Shown one piece after another: positions 19,541-29,089 of a stretch of DNA of 52,609 nucleotides; within the stretch, counting starts at the first letter, position 1; the number at the start of each line of letters is the position of its first letter. Under the pieces are notes generated by a model. That model was given only the letters and a program-made list of their open reading frames with translations. It searched no databases and was not told the DNA's origin. The stretch lies in the NCBI GenBank assembly GCA_018695135.1, contig JABHOV010000052.1, positions 1 through 52,609 of the forward strand. The letters run 5' to 3'. The position numbers were made by a program, and so were the translations under genes. Source of the stretch: Candidatus Melainabacteria bacterium. Lineage in GTDB: Bacteria; Cyanobacteriota; Vampirovibrionia; LMEP-6097.

Positions 19541-22225
19541 GTGAAGAATCTCAGTTGCCAAGAAATAAGAGAAACATGGATTAATTTCTTTACTAAGAAA
19601 TGTGACCGTATACATCAGCATATCGCTTCAGGATCTTTAGTACCGGATAATCCAACCCTACTACTTAACGCTGCTGGCATGGTTCAGTTTGTACCGATCT
19701 TCGTGGGTACCAAACCTGCCCCCGAGCCGCCAAGAGCTGTCACAGTACAGAAATGTGCGCGTGTCGGCGGCAAAGACAGTGACCTAGAAAATATCGGGCG
19801 CACAACTAGACATCATAGTTTTTTTGAGATGCTTGGTAATTTCTCATTTGGGGATTATTTCAAAAACGAAGCAATCAAATGGGCTTGGCAATTCGTCAGA
19901 GAAGAACTTGAACTAGACGCTGATAAATTATATGTTTCTATCTTTGAAGGCGACGAGCAAAACCCAATGGACACTGAAGCCCAAGCAATTTGGCTAGAGA
20001 TACTTGCACGAGACTTCCCTGATTTAGAGCAGCGTCAAAAACGTATTTGGAAGATGGGTCGCAAAGACAACTTTTGGGGGCCTCCAGGTACTACCGGTCC
20101 TTGCGGACCTTGTAGCGAAATATACTATGATCTTGGTGATCACATCAGTGACCCAGAAGACAGGTATCTTGAGATCTGGAACTTGGTTTTCATGGAATTT
20201 CTTAAAGACGAAGAAGGCAAATTCACTCCACTTGAAAATAAAAATATAGATACTGGCGCAGGACTAGAAAGAATCGCAACGATATTACAAGGAGTTAACA
20301 ACTCTTTTGAAACCAATGAACTATTCAATGTAATGCAAAGCCTTGCCAAAGACCTTGGTCTAGAATATGGCAAAAATCCAGATCATGATCTTTATCTCAA
20401 GATCATCACTGATCACTTACGTTGTCTTTGTTTCTTGATAGCTGATGGTGTTAGACCAAGTAATATGGGACGCGGTTATGTCCTTAGAATGATCACAAGA
20501 CGCGCTGCTAGGTTTGTTTATTTAATCCGTAACCAAACAGATGCTTTTCTTTATAAGCATTGTACTAGCGTAATTCAAAACTACTCACTAGCCTACCCTG
20601 AGCTGCAAGCAAACTCAGAAGCGATTGTTTCAGTTTGCCGCAAAGAAGAGGAGGCTTTTGCCAAGACTATTGTCAATGGACTTGCTTTGCTTGAGGAGAA
20701 ACTCAAAGCGAGTGGCAAAATGGTAGACGGAGAATTTATTTTTGATCTTTATTCAACTTATGGCTTACCACTTGAATTAAGCAAAGACATTGTTGAAGAA
20801 CAGGGACTCACTATTGACCTAGAAGCATACCAAAAATCCAAAGACGCTCACTCCAAAGCCTCTGGCACAGGCAATTTCAAGACATCCGTTGAATCGAATT
20901 CTTATGTCGCTGACTTAATCAAAAAACATGGTCCAACTAAATTCCTTGGTTACGACCAGCTTGAAGCCAAAGCCAAAGTGCTTGCAATCCATGGCAATGA
21001 CATCGTGCTTGATCAAACTCCATTTTATGCTGAGTCTGGCGGGCAGGTGGCAGACTCTGGCACCATCCGTCATTGCGAGGCGAAGCCGAAGCAATCCAAT
21101 GGACAAGTTAAAGCCACAGACGTCATTGCGAGCGTAGCGAAGCAATCCAGAGTAACCAAAGTAAAAAAAATCGAGGGCATATTCATTCATACTCTTGAAA
21201 GCACTGAAGACTTTAATATCGGCGATGAAGTCACAGCTCAAGTCAACAGTAAAAGCAGAAACCTTACTGGCTATCACCACACAACTTGTCATCTCTTGCA
21301 AGCCGCCCTGCGCCAAGTACTAGGAAACGACATTCAACAAATGGGCTCGCAAGTCGGACCAGAATATACTCGCTTTGACTTTAACCTTGATAGAGCCATG
21401 ACTAAAGAAGAAATATTCAAGACAGAAAAGATAGTCAATGACTGGATTCAAGCCAAGCTACCAGTAGAAACTAAGGTCATGGATTTTGATGATGCAATTG
21501 CAGCAGGCGCCCTTAGTTTCTTTGAAGAGAAGTATGACGACCAGGTTAGGGTTTTGTTTATCAGAGACGATCAACAAACAGCATCTATTGAGTTATGCGG
21601 TGGCACTCACGTCTCTAACATCGGCGATATTAGAGAAGTAGTACTGGCTCAAGAGGGTTCAGTGGCTGCAGGCATTCGCCGTATTCGCATGCTCGCTCAT
21701 GACTTAGCTGCCAAGCACCGAGAAGAAGAAAAACTCAAAGAAGCTGCGTTAGCCCAAGAGCAAGCTGCTCAAGAAAAAGCAAAAGCAGAGGCTAAGGCGC
21801 AGAAACTAGAACAAAACAACTTAGTACTTACAAAAACTGATGAGATTCTCAGCAAATCAAACAAAACGACAGAAGCTCAAATCATCATTGCCAATCTTGC
21901 AGATTATTTTCCTGGCGAAGAACTTGAAACCGATGCTGTCAAAACTCTAATAGAAGCCTTGCTCAGCAAGATAGAATCATCTGGTTCTCAAGCCTTTATT
22001 TTAGTAGCTGCAGCAAGCACTAGCAAAGTCACTTTTATGGCAGCAGCCTCTCAAGAACTAGTTAAAGACAAAAACTCTAGATATAATGCCTCTAATGCAG
22101 TCAAAACGGCAGCCCAAATCTGCGGTGGTGGTGGCGGTGGTAGACCCAATTTTGCCCAAGCAGGGGGGAAAGACCCTAGCAAAGTCCCTGAAGCCCTACA
22201 ACTAATTCAAGAAGATACAAAATAA
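19541..22225 (+). CDS. alaS: alanine--tRNA ligase with repeat-derived insertion
   Basis: NAAGMVQF, RHHSFFEMLGNFSFGDYFK, EIWNLVF, DTGAGLER, HHTTCHLL, ELCGGTH, GGGGGRPNFAQAG. Confidence 0.98.
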   Translation: MKNLSCQEIRETWINFFTKKCDRIHQHIASGSLVPDNPTLLLNAAGMVQFVPIFVGTKPAPEPPRAVTVQKCARVGGKDSDLENIGRTTRHHSFFEMLGNFSFGDYFKNEAIKWAWQFVREELELDADKLYVSIFEGDEQNPMDTEAQAIWLEILARDFPDLEQRQKRIWKMGRKDNFWGPPGTTGPCGPCSEIYYDLGDHISDPEDRYLEIWNLVFMEFLKDEEGKFTPLENKNIDTGAGLERIATILQGVNNSFETNELFNVMQSLAKDLGLEYGKNPDHDLYLKIITDHLRCLCFLIADGVRPSNMGRGYVLRMITRRAARFVYLIRNQTDAFLYKHCTSVIQNYSLAYPELQANSEAIVSVCRKEEEAFAKTIVNGLALLEEKLKASGKMVDGEFIFDLYSTYGLPLELSKDIVEEQGLTIDLEAYQKSKDAHSKASGTGNFKTSVESNSYVADLIKKHGPTKFLGYDQLEAKAKVLAIHGNDIVLDQTPFYAESGGQVADSGTIRHCEAKPKQSNGQVKATDVIASVAKQSRVTKVKKIEGIFIHTLESTEDFNIGDEVTAQVNSKSRNLTGYHHTTCHLLQAALRQVLGNDIQQMGSQVGPEYTRFDFNLDRAMTKEEIFKTEKIVNDWIQAKLPVETKVMDFDDAIAAGALSFFEEKYDDQVRVLFIRDDQQTASIELCGGTHVSNIGDIREVVLAQEGSVAAGIRRIRMLAHDLAAKHREEEKLKEAALAQEQAAQEKAKAEAKAQKLEQNNLVLTKTDEILSKSNKTTEAQIIIANLADYFPGEELETDAVKTLIEALLSKIESSGSQAFILVAAASTSKVTFMAAASQELVKDKNSRYNASNAVKTAAQICGGGGGGRPNFAQAGGKDPSKVPEALQLIQEDTK
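21068..21148 (+). repeat. two direct CGTC-type units in frame in alaS
   Basis: CGTCATTGCGAGGCGAAGCCGAAGCAATCC (21068-21097) and CGTCATTGCGAGCGTAGCGAAGCAATCC (21121-21148). Confidence 0.92.
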
Positions 22226-22369
22226 AAATTGCATAAATAGTAGAGGAATTGTATAATAAGTACAGATGAAGAACATATATCTTCAGCAGCACTTACAAAG
22301 AGGTAACCAGTAATACAAGTTACAAATAACAGCAACCACATAGGCGATAAATATGAGTCAGCATTTAAA

Positions 22370-22753
22370 ATGAGTCGAACGCAGAACTCACTTTATGAAA
22401 ATATACTACAGCAATTAGCAGTATATGTAGTTGAACCTTCCATGAGAGAAGGTATTAAGGATGGATTAAAAGAGGCTGTAAAAGAACTAAGAGACTTTCC
22501 ATATAGATCATTCGCAGGACCTCACTCTTACGATGGTTTTTTTAATTCGTTGCAGGACAGCATAAATTATCTACTCAAACCAGAGACTGATATAGAGACT
22601 TCACTCACTGTTGCAAGATACTTATTGAATCAATTAGAAAATAAAGTAGTAGTACTTCCTGAATCGTCAATTCCTTGCAATTCAAGGGTAAAACCGCATC
22701 AAAACAAGAATCGCAGACCCAGCGATACTCACTTATTCGCTAAAAATAATTAG
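22370..22753 (+). CDS. hypothetical protein
   Basis: 127 aa ORF downstream of a TTGCAT-N17-TATAAT promoter; start uncertain. Confidence 0.45.
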   Translation: MSRTQNSLYENILQQLAVYVVEPSMREGIKDGLKEAVKELRDFPYRSFAGPHSYDGFFNSLQDSINYLLKPETDIETSLTVARYLLNQLENKVVVLPESSIPCNSRVKPHQNKNRRPSDTHLFAKNN

Positions 22754-24904
22754 ACCTTCCAATACCTGCATATTCTCAAGCGTACTAATATCACCAGTAA
22801 CTTCTTTACCTTGAGCAATCTCTTTAAGTAATCTACGCATGATTTTACCTGAACGAGTTTTAGGAAGTGCTGAACAAATAACTATTCGTTCTGGTCTTGC
22901 TATTGCACCGATCTCTTTGACGACTTGATTTTTAAGTTCTTCTTCCAGATCGTCATTGCGAGTCGCCGAAGGCGGCGTGGCAATCTTGACATTAGAAGCT
23001 CTGGATTGCTTCGTTTCACTCGCAATGACGACAAAAGCAACAATAGCTTCACCCTTAATCTCATGAGGTATCGAAACTACAGCAGCTTCACTTACTAGCT
23101 CATGAGCAACAAGTGCTGACTCAATTTCGGCAGTTCCAAGACGATGACCAGATACATTGATCACATCATCTACTCTACCGCCAATTTTGATATAACCGTC
23201 CGCGTCTTTAGTTGCAGCATCACCAGCGAGATAAACGTCATTGCGAGGAGCGTCAGCGACGTGGCAATCCAGGCTAGATTGCTTTGCTTCGCTCGCAATG
23301 ACGTGACTCCAGTAAGTATCTATATACCTTTGATCATCACCCCAAATAGTCCTTGCCATAGAAGGAATAGGACTTTTCAAATATAGAAGTCCTTCATTGC
23401 TGACATCAGCATCCACACCAGGCAAAGGCAAGCCTGCCACACCTGGTTTCATCTCATGAACTCCAGGTAGAGTTGTAATTGCAATGCCACCAGTCTCTGT
23501 CTGCCACCAAGTATCCACTATAGGGGAATATTGTTCGACGACTCGCCCTGGACAACGCGAGCCACCTATATTCTTATAAAACCACTCCCAAGCAGCAGGG
23601 TTAATTGGTTCTCCGACAGAGCCAAGTAAACGAAGTGAACTTAGGTCGTGCTTCTCGACATGCTCCAAACCCCATTGCATAAACGCCCTCACCGCAGTCG
23701 GTGCCGTATAAAAAATACTAATCTTGTATTTCTCTATCATTGACCAAAAACGAGATTTATCTGGGTAGTCTGGAGCGCCTTCGTAGATGAAGACGGAGGC
23801 GCCGTTAGAAAGCGGCCCATATGCTACATAGCTATGTCCCGTCACCCACCCCACGTCCGCTGTGCACCAGTATAAATCCCCAACTGCTGCGTTACGCTCA
23901 TGATTTACAGTCATCATTGGCGGCTCAGCCAACTCAGCCTGTAAATCATTCGCAAGCCTTGCATTTGGAGAATTTCTACTGGCGCACAGAGTATCCACAG
24001 TTGAATCACAGTCTTGAGTTTTCAAATCGAATACCCAGTTACTGGTTAAATGCGTCCAAAGAATATATCCCGCCGTCGTATGCACTATCCCCTTAGGCTT
24101 GCCTGTAGAGCCGCTTGTATACAAAACAAAGCTCATGTCTTCAGCCTCCAATTGTTCTGGCTCACAATTCGCTTCAAAACTACTTAGATCCCAAGTAACC
24201 AAATTCGCAATTGATTTCTGCAATTCCAAATCGTCATAGCTAGAATCAACTTGTTTAATCCGATCAAAACAAACTACTCTTGAAACAAAACTCAAGCCAT
24301 CGACAGCTTCTTTAACTGTCTCTAACAGCGGCACCACTTTGCCTCGACGAAACGATCCATCCGCAGTGATCACATACTTAGATTTAAGATCCTCAATTCT
24401 ATCGCGCAATGCTTGTGCAGAGAAACCTCCAAACACTACACTATGAACAGCACCAATTCTCAAACAAGCATGCATCGCAATTATTGCTTCTGGGCACATT
24501 GGCATATAGAGAGTGACTGTATCGCCCTTCTTAACACCAATACTCTTAAGCAAATTAGCTGCCTTGCAAACTTGATCATGCAGCTCTTGATAAGTCAGGG
24601 TCTTAGTATCACCAGGCTCACCTTCAAAAACAATTGCAGCTTTGTTGGCTTGAGTTTTTAGATGCCTGTCGATACAGTTGTATGAGATATTGATCTTGCC
24701 ATCTTCAAACCAAGTAAAGAAGGGCTCTTCTTTCTTCAACATTGCCACCGTCGGTTCTTTAAACCAATCCAAATTCTCTTTAGCTAAATCCAACCAAAAA
24801 GCATCAGGATCAGTTTTGAATTTAGACATCAAAGCCTGATAATCAGCATCCTTGATATTAGCTTGTGCTTTAAATTCTTCACTGGGGCTGTAGGATTGCT
24901 GCAT
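22733..24904 (-). CDS. acs: acetate--CoA ligase with four in-frame insertions
   Basis: [73 protein letters not shown]; ATG 24904 preferred. Confidence 0.97.
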   Translation of the reverse strand: MQQSYSPSEEFKAQANIKDADYQALMSKFKTDPDAFWLDLAKENLDWFKEPTVAMLKKEEPFFTWFEDGKINISYNCIDRHLKTQANKAAIVFEGEPGDTKTLTYQELHDQVCKAANLLKSIGVKKGDTVTLYMPMCPEAIIAMHACLRIGAVHSVVFGGFSAQALRDRIEDLKSKYVITADGSFRRGKVVPLLETVKEAVDGLSFVSRVVCFDRIKQVDSSYDDLELQKSIANLVTWDLSSFEANCEPEQLEAEDMSFVLYTSGSTGKPKGIVHTTAGYILWTHLTSNWVFDLKTQDCDSTVDTLCASRNSPNARLANDLQAELAEPPMMTVNHERNAAVGDLYWCTADVGWVTGHSYVAYGPLSNGASVFIYEGAPDYPDKSRFWSMIEKYKISIFYTAPTAVRAFMQWGLEHVEKHDLSSLRLLGSVGEPINPAAWEWFYKNIGGSRCPGRVVEQYSPIVDTWWQTETGGIAITTLPGVHEMKPGVAGLPLPGVDADVSNEGLLYLKSPIPSMARTIWGDDQRYIDTYWSHVIASEAKQSSLDCHVADAPRNDVYLAGDAATKDADGYIKIGGRVDDVINVSGHRLGTAEIESALVAHELVSEAAVVSIPHEIKGEAIVAFVVIASETKQSRASNVKIATPPSATRNDDLEEELKNQVVKEIGAIARPERIVICSALPKTRSGKIMRRLLKEIAQGKEVTGDISTLENMQVLEGLIIFSE
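22951..23030. repeat. CGTC-type inverted dimer in frame in acs
   Basis: CGTCATTGCGAG...CTCGCAATGACG; encodes [26 protein letters not shown]. Confidence 0.93.
23236..23303. repeat. CGTC-type inverted dimer in frame in acs
   Basis: CGTCATTGCGAG...CTCGCAATGACG; encodes [22 protein letters not shown]. Confidence 0.93.
23522..23549. repeat. short imperfect hairpin giving a 9 aa insertion in acs
   Basis: RCP[GRVVEQYSP]IVDTWW versus usual RCPIVDTWW; AGGG...CCCT stem. Confidence 0.55.
23860..23989. mobile_element. MITE/RPE-like palindrome in frame in acs
   Basis: CTGTGCACCAGTATAAATCCCCAACTGC vs GCATTTGGAGAATTTCTACTGGCGCACAG; inner ATGATTTACAG/CTGTAAATCAT; 21-bp core shared with 13154-13174. Confidence 0.85.
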
Positions 24905-24969
24905 GCAACAATGATAGCATCGCTTCAAATAATTCATAGATATCTTGAGTCGCCAACACTAGATTTTCG

Positions 24970-25169
24970 TAAAAGCTCAATAATTTAAGGACAAGGTACT
25001 TCTCTGTGAATGAACATAGACGGAGCATGAACAAAACGAATTTTCCAAAAAGCAGCCTCGCAAAGTCAGCAGCTTCTTCGAAGCTGAACTGTACTCACTT
25101 TGCTACAGAACCTTTTTGGAGAAATTGTTTTGTCCACGTTCCTTAATTCATCTAGTAATGGAGCTTTTA
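24970..25169. mobile_element. MITE-like nested palindrome, intergenic
   Basis: TAAAAGCTC/GAGCTTTTA ends; ACAAAAC..AATTTTCCAAAAAG / CTTTTTGGAGAAATTGTTTTGT; CAGCTTC-TTC-GAAGCTG. Confidence 0.7.
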
Positions 25170-25191
25170 GAGATTTACTTAGTAATATCAA

Positions 25192-25335
25192 AAGCAAAAA
25201 GTCTAAAAGGATTTTGAGCTAAGATTTGCGAAAGAGGTTTGAGTTCAAGTAATGAGCAGCGATAGTCTGCGAAGAACTTGACACGTGATAGCGAGCTGAG
25301 CAAATTCTTAGTCAAAATTCGTAGACTTTTTGCTT
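25192..25335. mobile_element. MITE-like palindrome, intergenic
   Basis: Perfect 14-bp AAGCAAAAAGTCTA/TAGACTTTTTGCTT ends plus ~25 bp more imperfect pairing. Confidence 0.75.
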
Positions 25336-25407
25336 GGAGCTAAATACGCATAATTCGCTTACAAATCAAAGGATTCAAAATATCTATGAATTATATAGAG
25401 TCAATGA

Positions 25408-27015
25408 TTAAAGCTCAAGTAAGGCTTTTGGAATATAGTTCAACAAATCAGATGCCATCACTGAATACTCAGTAAGTTCTTTAGATGCCTTCTCACCAGC
25501 CTTGGCATGAACATAGCTAGCCAAAATAGCAGCCTGTGTCAAAGGACTAATTTCAAAAACAGTAAAAAAGAATCTAATCTCTGGATATTTTTTATACAAA
25601 GTATAAAGCTGGGCAGCGAAGCCCAAAGTAAGTCCAGTCAAAACGTCACCAGTACCAGCACTAGCAAGTCCAGAATTACCAAAAGGAACCAAGAACACTT
25701 TGCCTCCTGGGTCAGCGATGATAGTCGGCGCCCCTTTGTGCAAAATACTAATTTGATATTCCTGAGCCTTGGCTCTCAAATCTTCAATCAAGTCAATTGG
25801 AGTCAATGCTTTATCAAACTTGCCAAAGAGACGAGTGTACTCTCCAGCATGAGGCGTAATCAATAAATCAGACTTATGTTTTTTGAGTAGTTTAGTATCC
25901 AAGCTATTAATCGCATCAGCATCTAATATCATCGGCGCATCATAGGACTCAATCAAACTAGCTATTTGATCTTTATAAGCCAAAGATAGTCCAGGACCAA
26001 GTCCCAAAACCGCCGGCTCTTTAATGCACGCTTGTTTCAGCAGATCATCAACGATGTCTTCGCTGATAGCTTCAAGTAAATTACTGGCAACTATTTTTCG
26101 CGATTGAGTATCTGTTAATAGTTTCAATAAACCAAGCCCTGATTTATAAGCTGCAGTTCCAGCAAGACTGGCTGCTCCTTCCATTCCAGGCGAGCCAGCA
26201 ATCAAAGTAGCAAAACCATGATCGTATTTTGAGCCCGTGGCAATGCGAGGCGGCAAGAGTTGTTTGACTGCATTTGCAAAATATATTTTTGATTTAAATT
26301 CCTGTTCAAAGATCTCTATTGGATATGAAAGATTTTGTACAATAGTAAGTCCATAATTCGCTCTTGCCGGAAAGAAGAAACTACCTAGCTTGGGATAGCC
26401 CATAGTGAGCGTAGTATGAGCCCTTACTCCACTGCCATTGATTTCACCAGTATCAGGATCAGAGCCAGACGGCAAGTCTACAGCGATAGTAACGACACTC
26501 GCATAATATTCATTAATAATACGGATCAGGCTAGCAGCAGGCTCCATGGGCTTGCCATTAGCGCCAATACCAAGAAGTGCATCAACAAAAAAATGCTTAT
26601 TGTATTTAGATGATATTTTGCCAAAATGTTTTTGTACTAATTCAATATCTTCAATACCTTCAATAAAATCTAGATATTGATTTTTTTTATTGCTTCTTTC
26701 AAGCTCAAGGTAAGCATGTCTTGCTTCATTCTTTAGTTCACTAACAGAGCCTAGGATAAAACATTTAACCGGATAACCTTCTTCAGCAAGGTAAGCAGCA
26801 AGCAAGATTCCATCACCACCATTATTACCCTTACCAGCAAAAACTGTAACAAATGCTTCTTGTCCCTTTTTTTGACATTCCATGTAACGATTAATCACAA
26901 GATCAAAAAGTCCACGAGCAGCTCTTTGCATATATTCAAAACCAAGTCCATCATGTGAGCTGGCAACCGCTTTGTCTATATTTGCCATTTCGGCTCTAGT
27001 GAGGACAGGGATCAT
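25408..27015 (-). CDS. nnr: bifunctional NAD(P)H-hydrate epimerase/dehydratase
   Basis: GKGNNGGDG, DALLGIG, AVDLPSG; KYDHG, GLGPGL, LDADA, TPHAGE, LASAGTGDVL. Confidence 0.95.
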   Translation of the reverse strand: MIPVLTRAEMANIDKAVASSHDGLGFEYMQRAARGLFDLVINRYMECQKKGQEAFVTVFAGKGNNGGDGILLAAYLAEEGYPVKCFILGSVSELKNEARHAYLELERSNKKNQYLDFIEGIEDIELVQKHFGKISSKYNKHFFVDALLGIGANGKPMEPAASLIRIINEYYASVVTIAVDLPSGSDPDTGEINGSGVRAHTTLTMGYPKLGSFFFPARANYGLTIVQNLSYPIEIFEQEFKSKIYFANAVKQLLPPRIATGSKYDHGFATLIAGSPGMEGAASLAGTAAYKSGLGLLKLLTDTQSRKIVASNLLEAISEDIVDDLLKQACIKEPAVLGLGPGLSLAYKDQIASLIESYDAPMILDADAINSLDTKLLKKHKSDLLITPHAGEYTRLFGKFDKALTPIDLIEDLRAKAQEYQISILHKGAPTIIADPGGKVFLVPFGNSGLASAGTGDVLTGLTLGFAAQLYTLYKKYPEIRFFFTVFEISPLTQAAILASYVHAKAGEKASKELTEYSVMASDLLNYIPKALLEL

Positions 27016-27112
27016 AGTTCAATTGTAACTGGTTTTTAGCTAGTCTTCACCGTAAGGCGGAGCTAGTTTACTATTAAAGCTTAGGAATAATGACCTAAGA
27101 CCAACTAAACTC

Positions 27113-27961
27113 TTATACTGCATAATCAGACAAAATTGGCTTAAGACTTGGTCCCTGTAATTTAGTCAATGCCTGGCATTCAGTTTGCCTGACCGTTTCC
27201 TTACTCATTTTAAGTAATTTACTAATAGCATCCAAAGTCCACTTGTCATCAGTTTCAATACCAAATCTCAATTTAATTACAGCCTGTTCTCGATTAGTTA
27301 AATATGAAATTGCTTTCTCTAAATCACCAGCCAACATGTGATCTTCACAATTGGGTTCTGGCATAGAATTTAGATTAGGATCTGCAATCAACTCATCAAG
27401 CTTCATATCATCATCAGATCCATAATTCATACTAGTTTCAAGCGACAAAGTTTTATCAGCAAGTACCATCATTAGTTTTACTTTTTCGATAGGTAATGAA
27501 ACAGCTTCAGCAAGCTCATCATCAGTTGGTTTGCGTCTGAGTTTAGTTTGCAACTGCATATTAGTTTTTCTGATCTTTCGCATCAAATCTAATTTATGCA
27601 CAGGGATTCTAATTGATCTAGCTTTATTGGAAATAGCTCTGGTAATCGCTTGTCTAATCCACCAAGTAGCATATGTAGAAAATCTATAACCACGACTTGC
27701 ATCAAATCTATCGACTGCTTTAATCAAGCCAATATTGCCTTCTTGGATCAGATCCAAAATAGACATTCCATGGTTTTGGTATTTCTTGGCAATAGAGATA
27801 ACTAATCTCAAATTATGCCGTACCATCTTATCTTTAGACCGCTGGCATCCTTGTTTAATCAAAGTTCCAAGTTCTTGTTCTTGACATGCTGTAAGCAAGG
27901 ACCAATGTGCAATTGAATGTAAATACGGGCTAATCTCTGTTTCAAATTTCGTTGTTGTCAT
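27113..27961 (-). CDS. RpoD-like (group 2-type) sigma-70 factor
   Basis: NLRLVISIAKKY, DLIQEGNIGLIKAVDRFD, RFSTYATWWIRQAI, region 4 HTH; lacks region 1.1. Confidence 0.93.
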   Translation of the reverse strand: MTTTKFETEISPYLHSIAHWSLLTACQEQELGTLIKQGCQRSKDKMVRHNLRLVISIAKKYQNHGMSILDLIQEGNIGLIKAVDRFDASRGYRFSTYATWWIRQAITRAISNKARSIRIPVHKLDLMRKIRKTNMQLQTKLRRKPTDDELAEAVSLPIEKVKLMMVLADKTLSLETSMNYGSDDDMKLDELIADPNLNSMPEPNCEDHMLAGDLEKAISYLTNREQAVIKLRFGIETDDKWTLDAISKLLKMSKETVRQTECQALTKLQGPSLKPILSDYAV

Positions 27962-28157
27962 TATATTTTCTATGCCCAGATAAAGCCCCCCAGATTACAA
28001 AGACAAAATTAATTTAGATTTAGTCGGGAACCCGCAACTCGCCAAATATTGTGGAAACTTTAGAATAACTGAATTTATTAACACCTGAGCGAACAGTCGT
28101 TTTATAATGTTTTGGTACTTAGTAGATTTATCATAAAATACAAAAGTACAAACCAGC

Positions 28158-28234
28158 GCTCCTGTAGCTCAGTTGGTTAGAGCAGTCGACTCATAATCGA
28201 TTGGTCAAGTGTTCAAGTCACTTCGGGAGCACCA
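28158..28234 (+). tRNA. tRNA with CAT anticodon, most likely tRNA-Ile2 (lysidine); elongator Met is the alternative
   Basis: Cloverleaf GCTCCTG/CGGGAGC, anticodon arm GTCGA-CTCATAA-TCGAT, T-arm with TTCAAGT, encoded CCA; G1-C72 pair excludes initiator; C4-G69 and C5-G68 fit Ile2. Confidence 0.9.
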
Positions 28235-28236
28235 TT

Positions 28237-28276
28237 AAAAAATAGGTACCTGCTGAAGTAGGTACCTATTTTTTTT
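28237..28276 (+). terminator. intrinsic terminator after tRNA
   Basis: AAAAATAGGTACCT/AGGTACCTATTTTT plus T tract. Confidence 0.85.
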
Positions 28277-28321
28277 GTTTCATGAGTGACTTGAACACTT
28301 GCTATAATCCTTTAAAACAAG

Positions 28322-29089
28322 ATGCTAAACCAAGCCCTCAACTCAAGAAGCAAAAAAGATCAAGATCTTTTTGATAGCATAAGCAAACAGTATTTCAAGA
28401 AAGATTTAAACAAAGCATCAAGAATAGCTCGCAAACATAGACTCATTCAAACCCTAGGCAAGAACAATAAAAAACTAAGAGTATTAGAGCTCGGCTGCGG
28501 AGCTGGTTTTGGAGCCGAGTATCTTCAAGGCTACTATAGTCACTATACAGGAGTGGACTATTCTACTCAATTCATTAATCTTGCCAAACAAAGAAGCCAA
28601 GATCCCCAAGTCACTTGGATCTGTTCAGATTTTCTAGAACTCGATACTGATAATCAATATGATCTCATTTTTATGATTGGAGTTTTGCATCATATGGAAG
28701 ATATCAACGCTGCACTTAGAAAATGCTTTAAACTTTTAGCGCCAGGTGGCATTTTAATAGTTAATGAACCACAGCCAAATAATTTCTTGATTCACAACAT
28801 GAGGAAATTGAGAAAAAAACTCGATAGTCACTACTCTTCAGACCAAGAAGAACTTGAATCCCAGTTTATAACAGATAAATTCAAAGAAGTTGGTCTATGT
28901 GAAATCACAACTAGCCCGCAAGGCATCTTCTCAACTCCTTTTGCAGAGATTAGTTTCAAGCCCGAGTCTTTCTTTGCAGCCTTGGTTCAACAGTTCTGCA
29001 ACTGGGATAAATATTTGGAAAAACATTACCCTAAGATACTAAGTAATTGGACTTGGAATTGTATAGTATCTGGACAAAAAGCTAATTAG
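28322..29089 (+). CDS. class I SAM-dependent methyltransferase
   Basis: VLELGCGAG, GVDYS, YDLIFMIGVLHH, LAPGG. Confidence 0.9.
   Translation: MLNQALNSRSKKDQDLFDSISKQYFKKDLNKASRIARKHRLIQTLGKNNKKLRVLELGCGAGFGAEYLQGYYSHYTGVDYSTQFINLAKQRSQDPQVTWICSDFLELDTDNQYDLIFMIGVLHHMEDINAALRKCFKLLAPGGILIVNEPQPNNFLIHNMRKLRKKLDSHYSSDQEELESQFITDKFKEVGLCEITTSPQGIFSTPFAEISFKPESFFAALVQQFCNWDKYLEKHYPKILSNWTWNCIVSGQKAN

Noticed and set aside
22266-22313. 15-codon ORF MKNIYLQQHLQRGNQ behind the TTGCAT/TATAAT promoter as a leader peptide
   Set aside because: No attenuator structure or informative codon run; cannot be distinguished from chance
22951-23989. acs, alaS or murI insertions as inteins or self-splicing introns
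   Set aside because: Far too short; no C/S...HN intein termini or group I/II intron hallmarks; explained by DNA palindromes
28158-28234. Initiator tRNA-fMet
   Set aside because: Has a paired G1-C72 and lacks the three consecutive G-C pairs in the anticodon stem
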